DNA of 64,000 nt from the human T2T-CHM13v2.0 reference genome, Homo sapiens. Below the pieces are notes generated by a model. It was not told the origin of the DNA. It saw nothing but the letters and a program-made list of their open reading frames with translations, and did no database searches. The translations under genes and the position numbers were made by a program. Each line of letters starts with the position of its first letter. Position 1 is the first letter of the stretch. The stretch lies in the NCBI RefSeq assembly GCF_009914755.1, contig NC_060927.1, one strand, 5' to 3'. Shown one piece after another: positions 37,076 through 52,212 of the stretch.

Positions 37076-38906
37076 AAAGAAACACTAGATATTGGGCTCT
37101 ACTTTTTACTAATTAGTGGTCTGATATTAGCCAGGATTCTTGAAACCTTAGATTTTATTACACTTATGTGAAATGAAAATGTTAAAATCATTCATCACTA
37201 TGGATCCTGGAACATTTAAAATTATCAAAATAAATCTGTGATCTTCAGATTTATTTGTACAGAATTAGTCTGTACATTTCTTTCCTTAAGAGCTTTCTGT
37301 TTCATGTAAATGTGAGGGTATTTATCATGTTCATAATGATAGATTAGATGGGGGTGGTTACAGTAAATCTCTCTGAACTTTTTGAACACACTAAAAGTTC
37401 TATTTTCTGCTCATAAGCAATGAAATTGTGTATCAGCCCACCATATATTAAAATGCTTGCTAATGCTCATTATTATCATGGGTGTGGAAAACAGGCAGTG
37501 GAGTAGCAGAGGCAATTATGCCTTCATTCTTCATGCAAGAACTTGGGTATATTTAGCAAAGCTTGAAATATGCATACCAGGAGACCCAGAAAATTTACGT
37601 AAAGAATTAGAAAAACGTGAACACTCGCATTTTATTTTAGCATGGTTTATAATCACACACATGAAAATGAAATTACCCTAGATATCCACACAGAGAGGCT
37701 AGTGAAACAATTTTTGGTAGATTCATATGAAAACATATTGTATAACTTGTTTGAAAGAATGAGCTACATCTATGGACATAATGTGGAGAGATATTTGAAG
37801 AAAAAGGGAACTTGCCAAAGACCATGAACAGAACAGCCTTTTCTTAAGAAAAATAAATTATATACACATATCACAGCAAATGTCAGGGAGAACACTGTTA
37901 ACAGTAATTATCTCCAGGAGTAGATATGAGGACATGAAGTACAGTAGGAACTTTTTCTTTTTGGGCTTTTTTTGGTTGTTTACGCTTTTTTGTTTAACAT
38001 GAATGTATGTTATGTTTGCAATAACAGAAATAAAGATAGAAACAAAAGATATGTATTTCCTAACATATGCTTTTGCTTAAACACTTAATGATGTCTTACC
38101 ACTCCCTGCTCCATGTCCCACTTCGTTGCCTACATTGTAATTGCGTGTCTAAAGGCAAACAGCCCTGTGTAAACTGCTTAGATTCTGTTCTCTCATCTTC
38201 CTTTACTTTACTGTGTGTCCCACTTTTCTTGAGCTCCATCATCTAGTATTCACCTGAAATAGGATCGACAACCATGTAGGGAAACTGCTTCTATATAATG
38301 AGAGGCTTTCAGTATTTAATTGATTTAATTTTATTTTAAAATGAGCAGGGCCTTGATGTTATGCACATCTTTTTATAAAAAGGCACATTTCTCAGAGGCT
38401 GCTCCGAATGGTTTAGCTGCTTTCATGAGTTACAATCCTACAGTGGGAGAATCAGGGAAAAAAATCACATTACTGAAAAAGGCATGTGTCTGGCACGTTC
38501 CCAAGGCATGAGTATTTATGGCATGGTGAACTGTGAATTTGATGTTGATGCTTGCACAACAAAAGCATGTGGTTAAAATCTATTTTTGTCACCAGCAAAA
38601 AAAAAAGAACTATATTTAAAAGTGTAAAATGTTTGTTTTATAGAAAGTCTTTACCCCAAATGAAAAATAAATAAATCAAGGTCAGTACTATTAATTCTCT
38701 ATGAAATGGAGGACATTCAATTGAAGTAATATAAAAATCCCTAGTCTATTCTATGCAAACAATTTTAAGGAGAGGAAAATAGGATAGGATAACAATTGCC
38801 TAGTGCTTTCCCAGAGCATTTTTTAATAATAACATGTGCAGGGATCATAAATTATCCAAAGTTAGAACTTGGAAAAGATTCATGAAGAGGTACCCAGGAG
38901 CATGTC

Positions 38907-39071
38907 AAAAAAGAAGAAGAGGAAGAGGAGGAAGAGGAGGAAGAGAGAAGAAGAAGAAGAAGAAGAAGAAGAAGAAGAAGAAGAAGAAGAAGAAGAAGAA
39001 GAAGAAGAAGAAGAAGAAGAAAGAAGGAGAAGGGGAAGAGGAAGAGGAAGAGGAAGAGGGAAAAGAAAAAA
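38907..39071. repeat. Pure purine tract with perfect (GAA)25 at 38947-39021
   Basis: 165 bp containing only A/G on the plus strand. Confidence 0.97.
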
Positions 39072-39394
39072 TAGATCCCTCTCATCTTGAGTTGAAAATG
39101 GTCAGAAACAAGAACACAATGTATGAAGTATGCTTAATGCCAATTGGAATAAAACCTCAGGTACTTTGTAGAGGGGTAACAGGAGAAGATTAAAATGTAT
39201 TAAGATGGCTCTTTGAATTTCCCATGACTTAAGTTGAGAAATGAAGTACTCTAAGGCTTACATTGCCTTTTTTTAAACCTAAGACACTAATAATTTTCTA
39301 AATGTAAATACTATATCAATTTGACAGAAGTAATGAGTAATTAGTTAAGAGGTTCTCAAACAAAGGGTGGTTTAATGACCAAAAGAAAAACTCT

Positions 39395-39746
39395 GGCCAG
39401 GCATTGTGTCTCATGCCTATAATCCGAGCACTTTGGGAGGCTGAGGCAGGAGGAGCACCTGAGGTCAAGAGTGTGAGACCAGCCTGGCCAACATGGTGAA
39501 ACCTCCTCTCTACTGAAAACAAAAAATACAAAAAAATTTGGCCAGGTGTGGTGGTGGGCATCTGTAATCTGAGCTACTTGGCAGGCTGACGCAGGAGAAT
39601 CACTTGATCACTTTGAACTCAGGAGGCAGAGGTTGCAGTGAGCTAAGATCATGCCATCGCACTCCAGGCTGTGCAACAGAGCCAGATTCCATCTCCAAAA
39701 AATAAAAAATAAAAAGAATGGAAGAAAGTGAGAAAGAAAGAAAGAA
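39395..39746 (+). mobile_element. AluS-like with GA-rich tail and TSD
   Basis: ggccaggcattgtgtctcatgcctataatcc...; TSD aaaagaaaaactc at 39381 and 39747. Confidence 0.95.
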
Positions 39747-40379
39747 AAAAGAAAAACTCCATAGGTTGTAGTCCTCAGGAGATATTAGTATATCCTATTA
39801 AGAATTCACACCACATTTCTAAGCTGTATATATGTATTAATGAAGAAATCCGGTCTTCCATATGTTTTCCACCTTAGGCATGAAGAAATTGGAGGGAAGG
39901 AAAATATGTTTCCTAGTAGCTCTGAAGCCTCAGAAGGGAAAGGGGGTGATGTATTTTACAAAGACAATAATACTCAATCAAAGTAAAAATAATACTAATA
40001 TATTGCTCTGCATAAAGAGTGGAGGTTGTACTTTTTAAGGGAGGAGAGGCAAAATATATGTAAGTGATTTGGTATTCTAGATTCAGTGAATATATCAGTA
40101 TTGTGACAGTTGATACATATGCATATTATAAGTGTTAATAAAAAGAATGGGTGGTATTTGATGTGAAGTTTAATTATGTAAGTAAACATTTCTAATTAGA
40201 ATTTTTGTGAATTTATTCATTTCTATGCTTATTATCTCATGTGACAAAAATATGTGTTTATGTTTTCCAAAAGCCTTAGTTATCAAAAGAAATTAATTCA
40301 TAGTGACTTTGGTACTTGTAGAATATGTGTGTATATTATAGATCCATATTATAATGGAATGTGTGCCAATTCAAGTTAT

Positions 40380-41490
40380 TATGCATTTTTAAGATTTTTA
40401 TCAAAGCAAATAACACGTAAAAAATAAGTTGTACAACAGCCTGACCTAACCAACCCAACATACCTCCCAGTAAAATCCATTTTTTCACCTTTTCGATGTT
40501 TGTTCTCTCATAGTCATCTCCATAATTCTAAATAATAAGCTATGCTTTTATTATTTAATTTATCATATTTAGACTACTTTTTGGACTAAAGATGAACATT
40601 TAGCTTATTTACAATTACACATATTATTTGCCACCCAGTTTTAGATAGTTACCTTAATACCTTTAGCTTTTTCACTGATTATTTTATAGCTTTAAATAAT
40701 ACACCAGTGACCCTACATTTGCTTCCTCTTAAATTTTAGCTGTGTGTCTGAAGCTGCTCACTCTATAAGATGTTGCTATTAGCATTCTGTCATTCCATAT
40801 ATCTCACAATTTCTCCCCCTTTCCAACTTCTGTAATATATTATTTTTATATTGTCAAGGTTGATAATATTTTATGGTTTATAGTGGACATAATTAAGCTT
40901 TCAGTGTTTGACCTAAAGATTGCATCTAAAAATTGAAATCTACCAAAAATCCTCTAGGGAGTTATAAGCAATTAAATATTATCTCTGCAGAGCAAATTAG
41001 TACGGTAAGGTTTTGTTTCATTCTCGATGGGCTCAATACCATCATCTCTATACCACTCAAAGGATCCTAACATAAAGATCAAATGAATTATCTTTCCTAT
41101 ATACCATTAGTTAGTTAAATTGTGCCTCAGTTGGTTTAGTTGCTATCTGGAAACTGATGTCCTTGGGAGAGATTTTATTTTTAAATTTATAAAGGGTGCC
41201 TTTTTTTTTTTTTTTTTTACTTTAAGAAGTTTATCTCCACTTTTGCTTCTAAACAGATATGTTCCATTTAGATGAAATACATGGAATTCCTTTGATTTTC
41301 TTCTTGCCGTACACTGACTTCTTGTTCTAATTTGAATTGATAGTATTCTAGACTTAGAACTCAGTTCCCCTTCCGTCACTTGAAAATTCTTTTCTTACCG
41401 AGTTCCTGGCTTCATTCTACAATTTATTATATCATGTGCCTTCCTCATTCTTGCTTTTCAGCTTCATTTGCTGGAATTACTTAAAAAAAA
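40380..41490 (-). mobile_element. Ancient L1M/HAL1-like fragment
   Basis: T-rich strand bias and motifs such as cttcatttgctggaattac; family uncertain. Confidence 0.4.
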
Positions 41491-42859
41491 AAAACTACTT
41501 GTTTACTTGGGTTAAATATAACAATGGAGCTTCTATGTTTCAAAATAGTTATCATGCGGATAATGGGGAGGCATTCAACTATTTTGAACTAATTTCTGTT
41601 AGAGTTGATAACAATTACCACAAAAACACCAAAAAAGCGAAGTAGCATGTCCTGTATTGTTGTTTAAGATAATATATTCAAGATAAACCCAGCTAGGAAT
41701 ATCAACTCTGTTGTGATAGTTGCCTTTCAGCCTAAAGTTGATCAATAATAAACTCTTTGGCAAGTGGAATTCATATTCCCGTGTGAACTGAAAATGATAA
41801 ATAGTTAATAGCTTTCCTAGGGTCTTCTCTTCTGACACTTTTCAATGATTTCATCATAGTTTCAGAATAAAAGAATATAATTTATTCCAAGAGGCATGAA
41901 AATATTCAAGTACTATTCAGATAATTTTCTTAAGTTAGAAGTGTCTTAAGTTAGAAAAAATATATGTTGCCTGTGCTATGAGAGAAAAAATGTCATTATG
42001 AAGTTATAAGCTATTCAAGCTATGGCAATCCCAGTTTTGAATATTTTATATGGCATAAAGCATGCTGAACTATTAAGATAATGAAGCCTCTATACTTTTA
42101 AAACAGTTTCTCACAAGTACATGGGCCTTTTTTCCATCTTCTGAAAAATTTACATTTATACAAAATAACCAAATTTATATTTATAATTTTGAATTTATAC
42201 TTTGATTTTCCTCAGGGTTTTTTTAGATGTTGTACAGAATGGGCTGCATTTTTCCCAATTGCATTAGGGCTGATGCAAACAAGTTTCTCACTAGTTTAGA
42301 CAAACAATAACTGTAAGATGACTGTAAGGCATATTAAAACACTTGAAACATTGAACAATCGTTAGTATTACATAGATATAGGCATATTGGTTAACAGAAT
42401 AAATCAGTTTGTTTGAAAGAAACAACCTCTGGAGACTTTTCTGCCGATAATGTGAAGAGTCTGCTTAAACATTTAACAGAGATGGGCTCACTTCAATAAA
42501 CATTTATTTTGGTATTCAGCATCTTTGGTATCCCAGACTCTAGACTGTTAGCAAAATATATAAAATGTACAAACCTAGGTCTCTATTTTTAAAGACCACA
42601 TATCCAGGGTAACATCCAGAATCCTCATTTCTACACACAGCACACGAAACAGATGGTATTTACATACGGGGCAATTCTATAGACATATGCAATTCTAAAC
42701 TCTTCCTCTCCTCCCACCCATTAATATAAGGCACAGGCACATAAAGATACCACACATTTTTGTTCAGTTTTGCTCCCTGGTGTGTGAATTTTTGTATGTC
42801 AATAAACAATGGTCACGTTGTGATAGGGATAACAATAAATCTATGAATCTCTTGCAATG

Positions 42860-43916
42860 ATGCAATATATTAGGGGAAGATAGATTTGGGTTCAATATAA
42901 GGAATATTCTTATGACTGAGACTTTATAAAAATAAATTATCTTGCATTCAGACATAATTTAGATCATGCATTGCAACGCAGTGGTGCATTGCAATCAATT
43001 GGCATGGGTGTACTGGGTGGAACATTTCAACCAATGTTTGAAAATTCGTTTTAACCAATCAACCAATTGGTTAAAAAAACTGATACGGTTGGTTTTTCAC
43101 AAATAATGTACAAACTTTTTGAAGACGAGTCACCATTTGGCTGTAACAGAGTGTTTACTTCTTACTATACTCTTCCCAAGTCTTTGGCCAAAAGCGGTGG
43201 GATGCTGGTAAGGGAAGGATGAGCAATATAAGTAGATACTATAGTAATTCCTCCTATTCGAGGCCCAGTGACATGGGGCACCTGTGCACCTTTGGCTCCT
43301 GAGATTTGCTTCTAGGAAGAAATATCAATTAGTGGAACAGGTGATGTCATATGGATAAGCAACTACGGCTTTATTACCTGCACTGACCTGACATTTTAAT
43401 GCAGTACTTTTTATATATAATTTTAAATTTCATTGTCTCTTTATTTTCATGGCACAAATTCTTCCCCAAGTCATCTCCAGACTTGTAATGCTATTACCAT
43501 GAGGAGTGCTCTCATTGCAAGAGCACCTGGGAATGGACTCTGTGCAGTTTTCCAAAACTTTAATTCTGCACTTTAAAATCCTTAGAGCAATGCAATGCAG
43601 TCCATAGTTTTGATTGCTTTCTTTTTACTTCTCTATAAGAGCTACATAACCCTTTCTGTATATATTAATTTGCTTCTCTTTTATTTTTCTCCCAGTTAAA
43701 ATAGATGTCTTTCCTACATTTTTCTCTGAATTTCCCATCTGCTTGATATTGTCCACCCAACACACCTATGCCAGTTGATCACAAAGCACCACTGTGCTGC
43801 AATGCATGATCTAAATTACCACGTCTGGACACAAGATAATTTATTTCTATAAAGTAGCCGTCATAAGAATATTCCTTATATGAAACCCAAATATATCTTC
43901 CACTAATATGTTGCAT
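42860..43916. repeat. Long inverted repeat: arms 42860-43030 and 43743-43916
   Basis: Right arm reverse complement aligns to the left arm over ~170 bp at ~85% identity with one 3-bp gap. Confidence 0.92.
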
Positions 43917-45699
43917 GAGACCAAGTTTTAAAGTCTCAGGTGATACACATGTACATGATTAGCCTTCAACTATAATTTGAAAAAGAGCTATCAAATATTA
44001 TCTTAATTATGTTTCTAAATTCCACAAAACCATGTTTTGAGGCATTAAATGGGATGTAAGCAGCTCAGCACAGTGTCTGACACAACAAATGTCCCCAGTG
44101 ATAGCAGCTAATTGTTATCATGGTCATTATTATTTATTATTATCATCATTATCATTAGCACTACTGATATGACTACTAGTACTAGGACTCTGATTACATC
44201 TGATTTCACAAAAAAAAAAAAAAGAAAAGAAAAGAAAACTCACATTACTGACTCCCGGTAAGTCTATAGTCAGGAGGAACCCTTTTTCCCCCACATATTA
44301 ACTGCTTTATTCTAAGGCTTTTCTTCAAGTAAAAATGCCTTCCATCACAATCAGCTTATTAACATTTTATTTAAAAATCTTTCAAACCATTTTTTTGTCC
44401 CATGCACCAAACCAACTGATTTACTGGCCCTAAATGGAATTAGTTGTTTGACATTATGGGGGTATCATGAGGGTATCATGAGCTTGACTATCTCATTTTA
44501 TCCCTCCTTTATATATAAGAAGTAAGATATATATATATATATATATATATATGAGTATATCTGTGTGTGTGTGTATTTATACAAGCTCAACAGTCAAGCT
44601 ATAATGGTGATAGTCAAGCTCTCTCTATATATAGACACACACACACAGATATATTCACCATTATAGCTCACTGTTTCCATGGAATAGCCTGAAAAAATAT
44701 ATACATATGATGTCCACATAGGCATCATGTTCCAACCTTAACTAGATAACGTATATTCTCAAAGATATTATTTTTATCATGTCTGCACATCACTAACAAA
44801 AATAATTGGTTGAATCCTAAAATAAGTTAATTTACTCAATGAGAAATTAAATTTACTTAAAGAGAGGACGAGAGGAGGAAGCAGTCAAACTTACTCAGCT
44901 TGCCTTAGAAACATAAAATTAGAGAATACTAACAATGCAGATAATATTTTTCCTTAAATTGTTATCATCTCAAGTTTATATAACTTTCAGGAAATATGTC
45001 ATATCAACAAACATTAAGCAAACCCCTTTCTTTTCTGCCTTAATTGGATCAACCTGAACTGAAAATGCTGCTACTTTCTTGCCATAAATAACTGATTATT
45101 GTTAAGTGCCTATTATATGCAAAACAAGTAATATTTAAAGAAATATATCTGATTAGTTGGCATCAAAAGGCAAAGATAGAACAAGGAAGCATTTGTGTGC
45201 TGAGCAAGTGGTAGGCACAGGAAGTACTTAGCTCAGAGGATAAAAGCATTCTGATGTGACTGGGATAAGACAAACATTCAGTGAGTAAGCAAAAACATGA
45301 TTTACATTCAAAATTTCCTGCCTACTCTTTAACTGTTATTTTTATTACTCTTTGATGCGGTCCTTTTTATCCAAGAAAGGCACTTGCTCTTACACTCCCT
45401 CTCATAATGACATAAGCCTTTTCTCCGTGCTATTCATCCACTTGAATATCTGCATAAGCCAATCCTCACTTCCCTTCATTCTGCCAGACCTTCTTCAAAA
45501 TTCAGGACAACATGCATCCTTTTCAGGAAACTTCATATAGAAGTCTGCTGGCACTTTCCTCTTGTATCTCAGGGAGAGGGCAACATCTGCCCCTGTCATT
45601 TACATCTCAATTTAATGGCATGCCTTATTCATCTCTTGAGCCTAGCATCTGACTATCTGGGAAATCTAGCCCCAGAGCATGCCTGATGAGTCCTGTTTT

Positions 45700-45910
45700 G
45701 GTTAAGGCAGCCAGACCACATTTCCAGTTCTAGATTCACCACTTCTTGGCTTCTGCTTGGATGGGATATTTAACTTCTCTGAGGCTTAGTTTCTCCATCT
45801 ATAAAATGAGCATAATCTAATCATTATTGTAGGATTCCCAGAAAAACTAAAATAACAGGCATAAAATACTTCCTATAATACCTGGATTATAGCAGATAGT
45901 AACAGCCAAT
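45700..45910 (+). mobile_element. MIR SINE
   Basis: ttaacttctctgaggcttagtttctccatctataaaatgag core. Confidence 0.7.
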
Positions 45911-46019
45911 AATACTATGATTAGAATGAATGAATACACTCTCCGATGTTAGTCATATATGTATTAGGACCATTTTTGTCTTTCAAGCTTCCTACTGATA
46001 CATGCATCTTATAAGATTG

Positions 46020-46021
<2 letters not shown>

Positions 46022-46048
<27 letters not shown>
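46022..46048. repeat. (TC)n microsatellite
   Basis: Perfect TC run. Confidence 0.9.
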
Positions 46049-46052
<4 letters not shown>

Positions 46053-47502
46053 TTTTCCATTCTTTTCATTGTGTCTGTTATCAAGATAAGCATAGTATAG
46101 ACTCCCTTCGGTCAGAGCCCTTCTTCGTTTCCAGCTCTGTCCCTTTTCATTCAAATGCTCTTCTACTCTTACAAAACAACCAATGGAGAATAAAAGTCGC
46201 CATCCTCCAATGATTCTAATTAAATGGATTTCTTTTGTCTTGCAGACTATAGTTTCTGCCATTCATTTTTATCTGGTATATTACAACCAAAATAATATTT
46301 TGTCATGTCTTTCTTTATACTATTCATTAAGAATGAGGTCTGTGACTAAAATATATTCGTCTAATTCTACCTTTATTCTTTTTCTGTGATGACATACAAT
46401 ACAAACTTTCAATTCAATGAATATATATTGTTAATGGAAAACCTAATTTGCTCTGTGAGCAGCTTTCTCTTGTGCTCTCTCCCTTCCTTCCTTCCTTCCT
46501 CCCTCCCTTTCTTTCTTTTCTTTCTTTCTCCTTCCTTCCTTCTTTCTTCTCCCTTCTTCATCTATCTGTTTACTTTTCTGTTCAGATTTGAGCCAACAGT
46601 TTCTTGGGTAGATGACATTGAGGGAAGGAGTAAGGAAAAAGTTGGCATGATCTCTGAAAGTTTGCCTATCCTTTCTCAAACTGAAGGATTTTTTTTTTTA
46701 TGATGCTGTTCTGAATACCTTGAAAAATTGGGGAAGATGCAATGAGTCAGTCAATTAACAAACTGTCTTAATTTCTCTACTAGAAGAAAAAATGGATATT
46801 TAGCTCTGTCATCAGACACTCTGCACATCATTTCTTCTTTAAGTGTGATTTTCTTAAGTAATCTGTTTTAATAGAGCCGATTAATATATTAATGGATTGT
46901 GTGAAGGCAGGAACTATGATAATTTTGAGAACACTAACCTACCACACCTTTTCCATGTTAAGCAACTCAAAACATGTTTGATTGCTGCTTGTTGAGAATC
47001 TTGTAAATGTTTCTCTTAATTTGTTCATAAGGACTAGCTTTTTTATCATTATTATTCTTGTCCCTTTATGAAAAGTGCTTATTGAATGCTAAATTATATT
47101 ATGATGGGTTAATTTTGATATGGGAAAATAATTAGTTTGAATTCCCAGATCTTTGTTATTTGCTTCTTACTCATCAATTGTTTATCTGATATTATGGATG
47201 TTAATGGTAAAAGAAGTTTGTAATGTGCCTGCATCAATTACCTTAGGACTCAAATATGTTGACTGTAGATTAACTTAAACATTTGAACACAGCTAATGTC
47301 CCTAAGAGACAGTATTATCAATTTTTCCACATGACATAATATATGTTATCATAATAAGAAAGTAAATGTTCAGTGTCTACACGATTACTTTACCTTAAGC
47401 AATTTTTTAAACTTAAATTTAAAAAATAATAAACAGTACTAATGTAGTTACAGATTTTGAAGTCCAGGTCATAAACAAGCAGTTCTTTGTTTTTAAAATT
47501 CA

Positions 47503-47859
<357 letters not shown>

Positions 47860-50800
47860 TTAACTTAGAAAAACTGGTGTTTAGTTTGTATTGAAGAAAT
47901 ATCATAAATGCTTTTATGAGCCTAAGAGAAATCACATACACTAATAAATAAAGAGCTTCTTACTTGCCAAGTACAGTTGGGGCCCACTTATACATATTTG
48001 ATTAGAGTAATTCACTGCCCATCTCTTAGTCTGCAATGACCCTGTTGTAACATGGGATAATTTTAATAAGGAAGACAGTCACAAGTTCATCAAAAGCAGT
48101 TTTCCCTCACATTTTTATCCAAATTGTATTATGTGGTCCACATGTCAGTCAGAGAGCAGGAAGTCAATGGCTGGGATTTGGAACACAGGTTAATCTTTCC
48201 AGGCTCTGTGAGGCCATGACATTTTCAAGTGTAACAGAATGGAAGCTTCCTGGCCTGAAACGACTAATTCATCTTCCCAGTACACACAGGTGGGGACAGG
48301 CCAGATTTCGATTTCATAGTTCACATTTTTCTAATGCAGGAAATTGATAAGCTGTTTTATCTTCACCATGTAAATGTACTGGTTTAAGAGATTTTCTTGT
48401 CTTTTCTCTCTTTTAAAATGGTAATACTTGCATTGTGTGGGATTTTGTCTTTTACACACATGTTTAATGTTTGCTTTATAACATCTTTTAGATTTACTTT
48501 GTAAAAATTGTCATATATGTAGAATGACCATAAAATTTATCTGATTGGGAGATTTTGAAGATGAAAAAGAGGGAGGCTGGTACAAAAAAGTTTTCAGACC
48601 ATGGTGTAAATCATGACCATCCCAGGCAAGCTAAGACACCTACTTACCCTTTTGTGATAACAATTAGCCATCTGAAGCTAAAGTGATCTTGGAATGGCTC
48701 AAATGGGGGAAGGTAGCTCTACCCTTTACTACCATCTATTTATCCCCTTCATTCTAATGAGATTTCAATGCCTTAAGCTGTCTCAGAGGAATACAGATAA
48801 AAAATCCATAGTGATTTCTAATCTATTAATATATATTCAACTCATTTAATTTGATTTATTTATTGCTTTTCTATTTTTTTGGAATAACTTTACCTCAATA
48901 GAAATAGCATAATGTGAAAATATTTAACATTACTCAAAAATCTGTGTGTAGTCACTGACATACGATAGCCACAGAATCTTGAACAGTTTCATAAACATTT
49001 ATCCACAGGATAGTAACTCTAAAATTCCACAGTTCTTGGATTCCAGTTTTATGGCGTCAAGTTTAGTAAAACTGTCTGTCGTACCTATCTGCACTGTAGT
49101 TGAAGCACAAAATGTTTCCATTTTTCTTCCTTCTGGTGGTCACAAACAAAATGAAACTTGTGGATTTGCATTTAAAATTTTCATGTATTGTAAACTGAAA
49201 ATGAGATACAACAACTATCTCATCTCCTGGGCCTTTACCTAATGAAGTAAGATTTATTTTCTGAGCTAGTTAAGGGTTGACCACTCTGTGTAATGTAACT
49301 CACTCAATGAAAGGAGGAAGTTGTTACTTTCATTTTTACTTATTTGTTTCTGATACATAAATAATGAAGGATGTTCCATGGAATGGATGCCTACTGGTGA
49401 CCCATATTTAGGTGTCCTTTACAGTCTCCAGGAGTTGTTAGTCAAATATGCTGGTACAGGAGAGTTCACTGTAATCTCAGGTCATAGTAAAATGAATGAC
49501 CATGTCAACTCCCATAACACACTCATCATCGTAGCCAACGGGTATTGCCTGGTACTCTGCCATTACCAGCTGGCACTGATCACTGAACTCCTTGTAACTG
49601 TGAGCATGTACTTGGGGAGAAATCAAAGTCTCTTCTCCAGAACACATAGCTTCCTTTGTTCACCACAGCCTTATCTTATATGTGTAGACTGCGTGTGAAG
49701 GCAGACTCAAGAGTACTTTCAGAACAGTAGATACTGTGGAGGGTTGGGTACCAAGGGACCTTCTAAAGGAATGTGCCAATGAGGTCTGACGTGCTACAGT
49801 TTGCTCAAGAATAATCATGTCTGCAAGGAGTACCTGTTATTTGCTCAATGTTGAAGCTGAATAAACAGAGGGTTTCTAAAATTAGAATCATCTGGGCTGT
49901 GAAGAGAGCACATGTAGAGAGGCAGATGGAGGCACACCCCAGAGGCCTTACGGTCTCCCTAGTACATCACTCACTTTCACACCAGGGATTTCCTCGGGCT
50001 TCTGTGTCCCTTAGGCCTGAAATACTGTCTGGAATCCCTACTTTCTCTTTTCTATTGCTCAAAACACTGTATCTTGAGAAACTCTCAAGTCACCCTAATC
50101 AGAAGTAGAAATCCAATAAAGAATCTAGTTTAGTTTTTAAAATGCATATGCTCTTCACTAAGAGTAATTCTATTATAAAATAAAAGATGCACCACAGTAA
50201 AATAATACCAATGGCTTTACTTGTAACAAGTTCTTTTAGTCATTAATGTTTACAACTTACAGCCTAACAGCATGCCAAAAATCATTGCCATAGAGTGAGG
50301 GAAAGAAGGGTGGAGAGGAAGAGAAGTGGGAAGAAAGAAGAAAGGAAAAAGAGAGGAAGAAAAAGAGAGAGAAATAAGTAAAAGGAAAAGAAGAAAAGAG
50401 AAAAAATCTCTGCATAACTTCAGCATCCTCATCAGATGAAACAACAGCCCAATTCTGCAGGCATCTCTCAAAATATTTCACTGTGGCACACTGAGATTCC
50501 TCCATGGGAAGGAACTAAGTCGCAGAGGCAGTAAAACTCAGCTACCTTAAAATAAATTTATTAAAGCATTTATATATTTATCCATGGGAAAGAAAAAGTC
50601 TAAATCAGCTACCTTTAGGAGAATATATTAAACTAATTAGTCTTAACACCAACACAGCAGGGAAAACCAAAATAAAGCTGTGATCAGCAAATAAGCAAAC
50701 CCCACAGTGGAAAACGAAGACGTGAGATAAGGAAAAGGCAAAAGTCCACCATTTTAAAAAGGAGGAAAAGTAGCAATAACCTTGAAGAAACAGCCAATCT

Positions 50801-51175
50801 TATATTTCCTGAAAATGGCATGATTGTGTATTCAGGAGAAAATATTTATTCAGCATGTTGGTTTACTTACGAGCATTCTATTTTGTGTTTGTGATTTTTG
50901 ACATCATATTCATACATTTCATATCATAAGTCATTCTTTTCAATGCCGTTTAATACCCTGCCAGTGCTACATGTATCTTATTTTGGAAATGTAAATATCT
51001 TGGTTAGTTGTTTAATATCTTAGGTATCATGAAAATAGCTCAACATATTTTTTTCCTTTACTTAGTAATTGAAACTCCAAATTTCAGAATTTCATTTAGA
51101 GCTGACACTGAAAATATCCAGGAAGGGAATGGTTTCTTACTGCTACATAGGAAGAAAAGAAAATGTTCACATTAG

Positions 51176-51727
<552 letters not shown>

Positions 51728-51879
51728 TAAATGTAAAAACATTTGAACAATAGGGGTGCCTGCATAGTATTCAACTACTAGTACAATTTCTTGCTAAAAT
51801 CTGAACTGGTCACTTTCATCGACATCTATTTTTATTTTCTCTGGTATTCTTATGTGTCATTTTTAGGAATATGAAATAA

Positions 51880-52212
<333 letters not shown>

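Noticed and set aside
38834-39193. Poly-Lys/Glu/Leu ORFs
   Set aside because: Translations of the GAA repeat.
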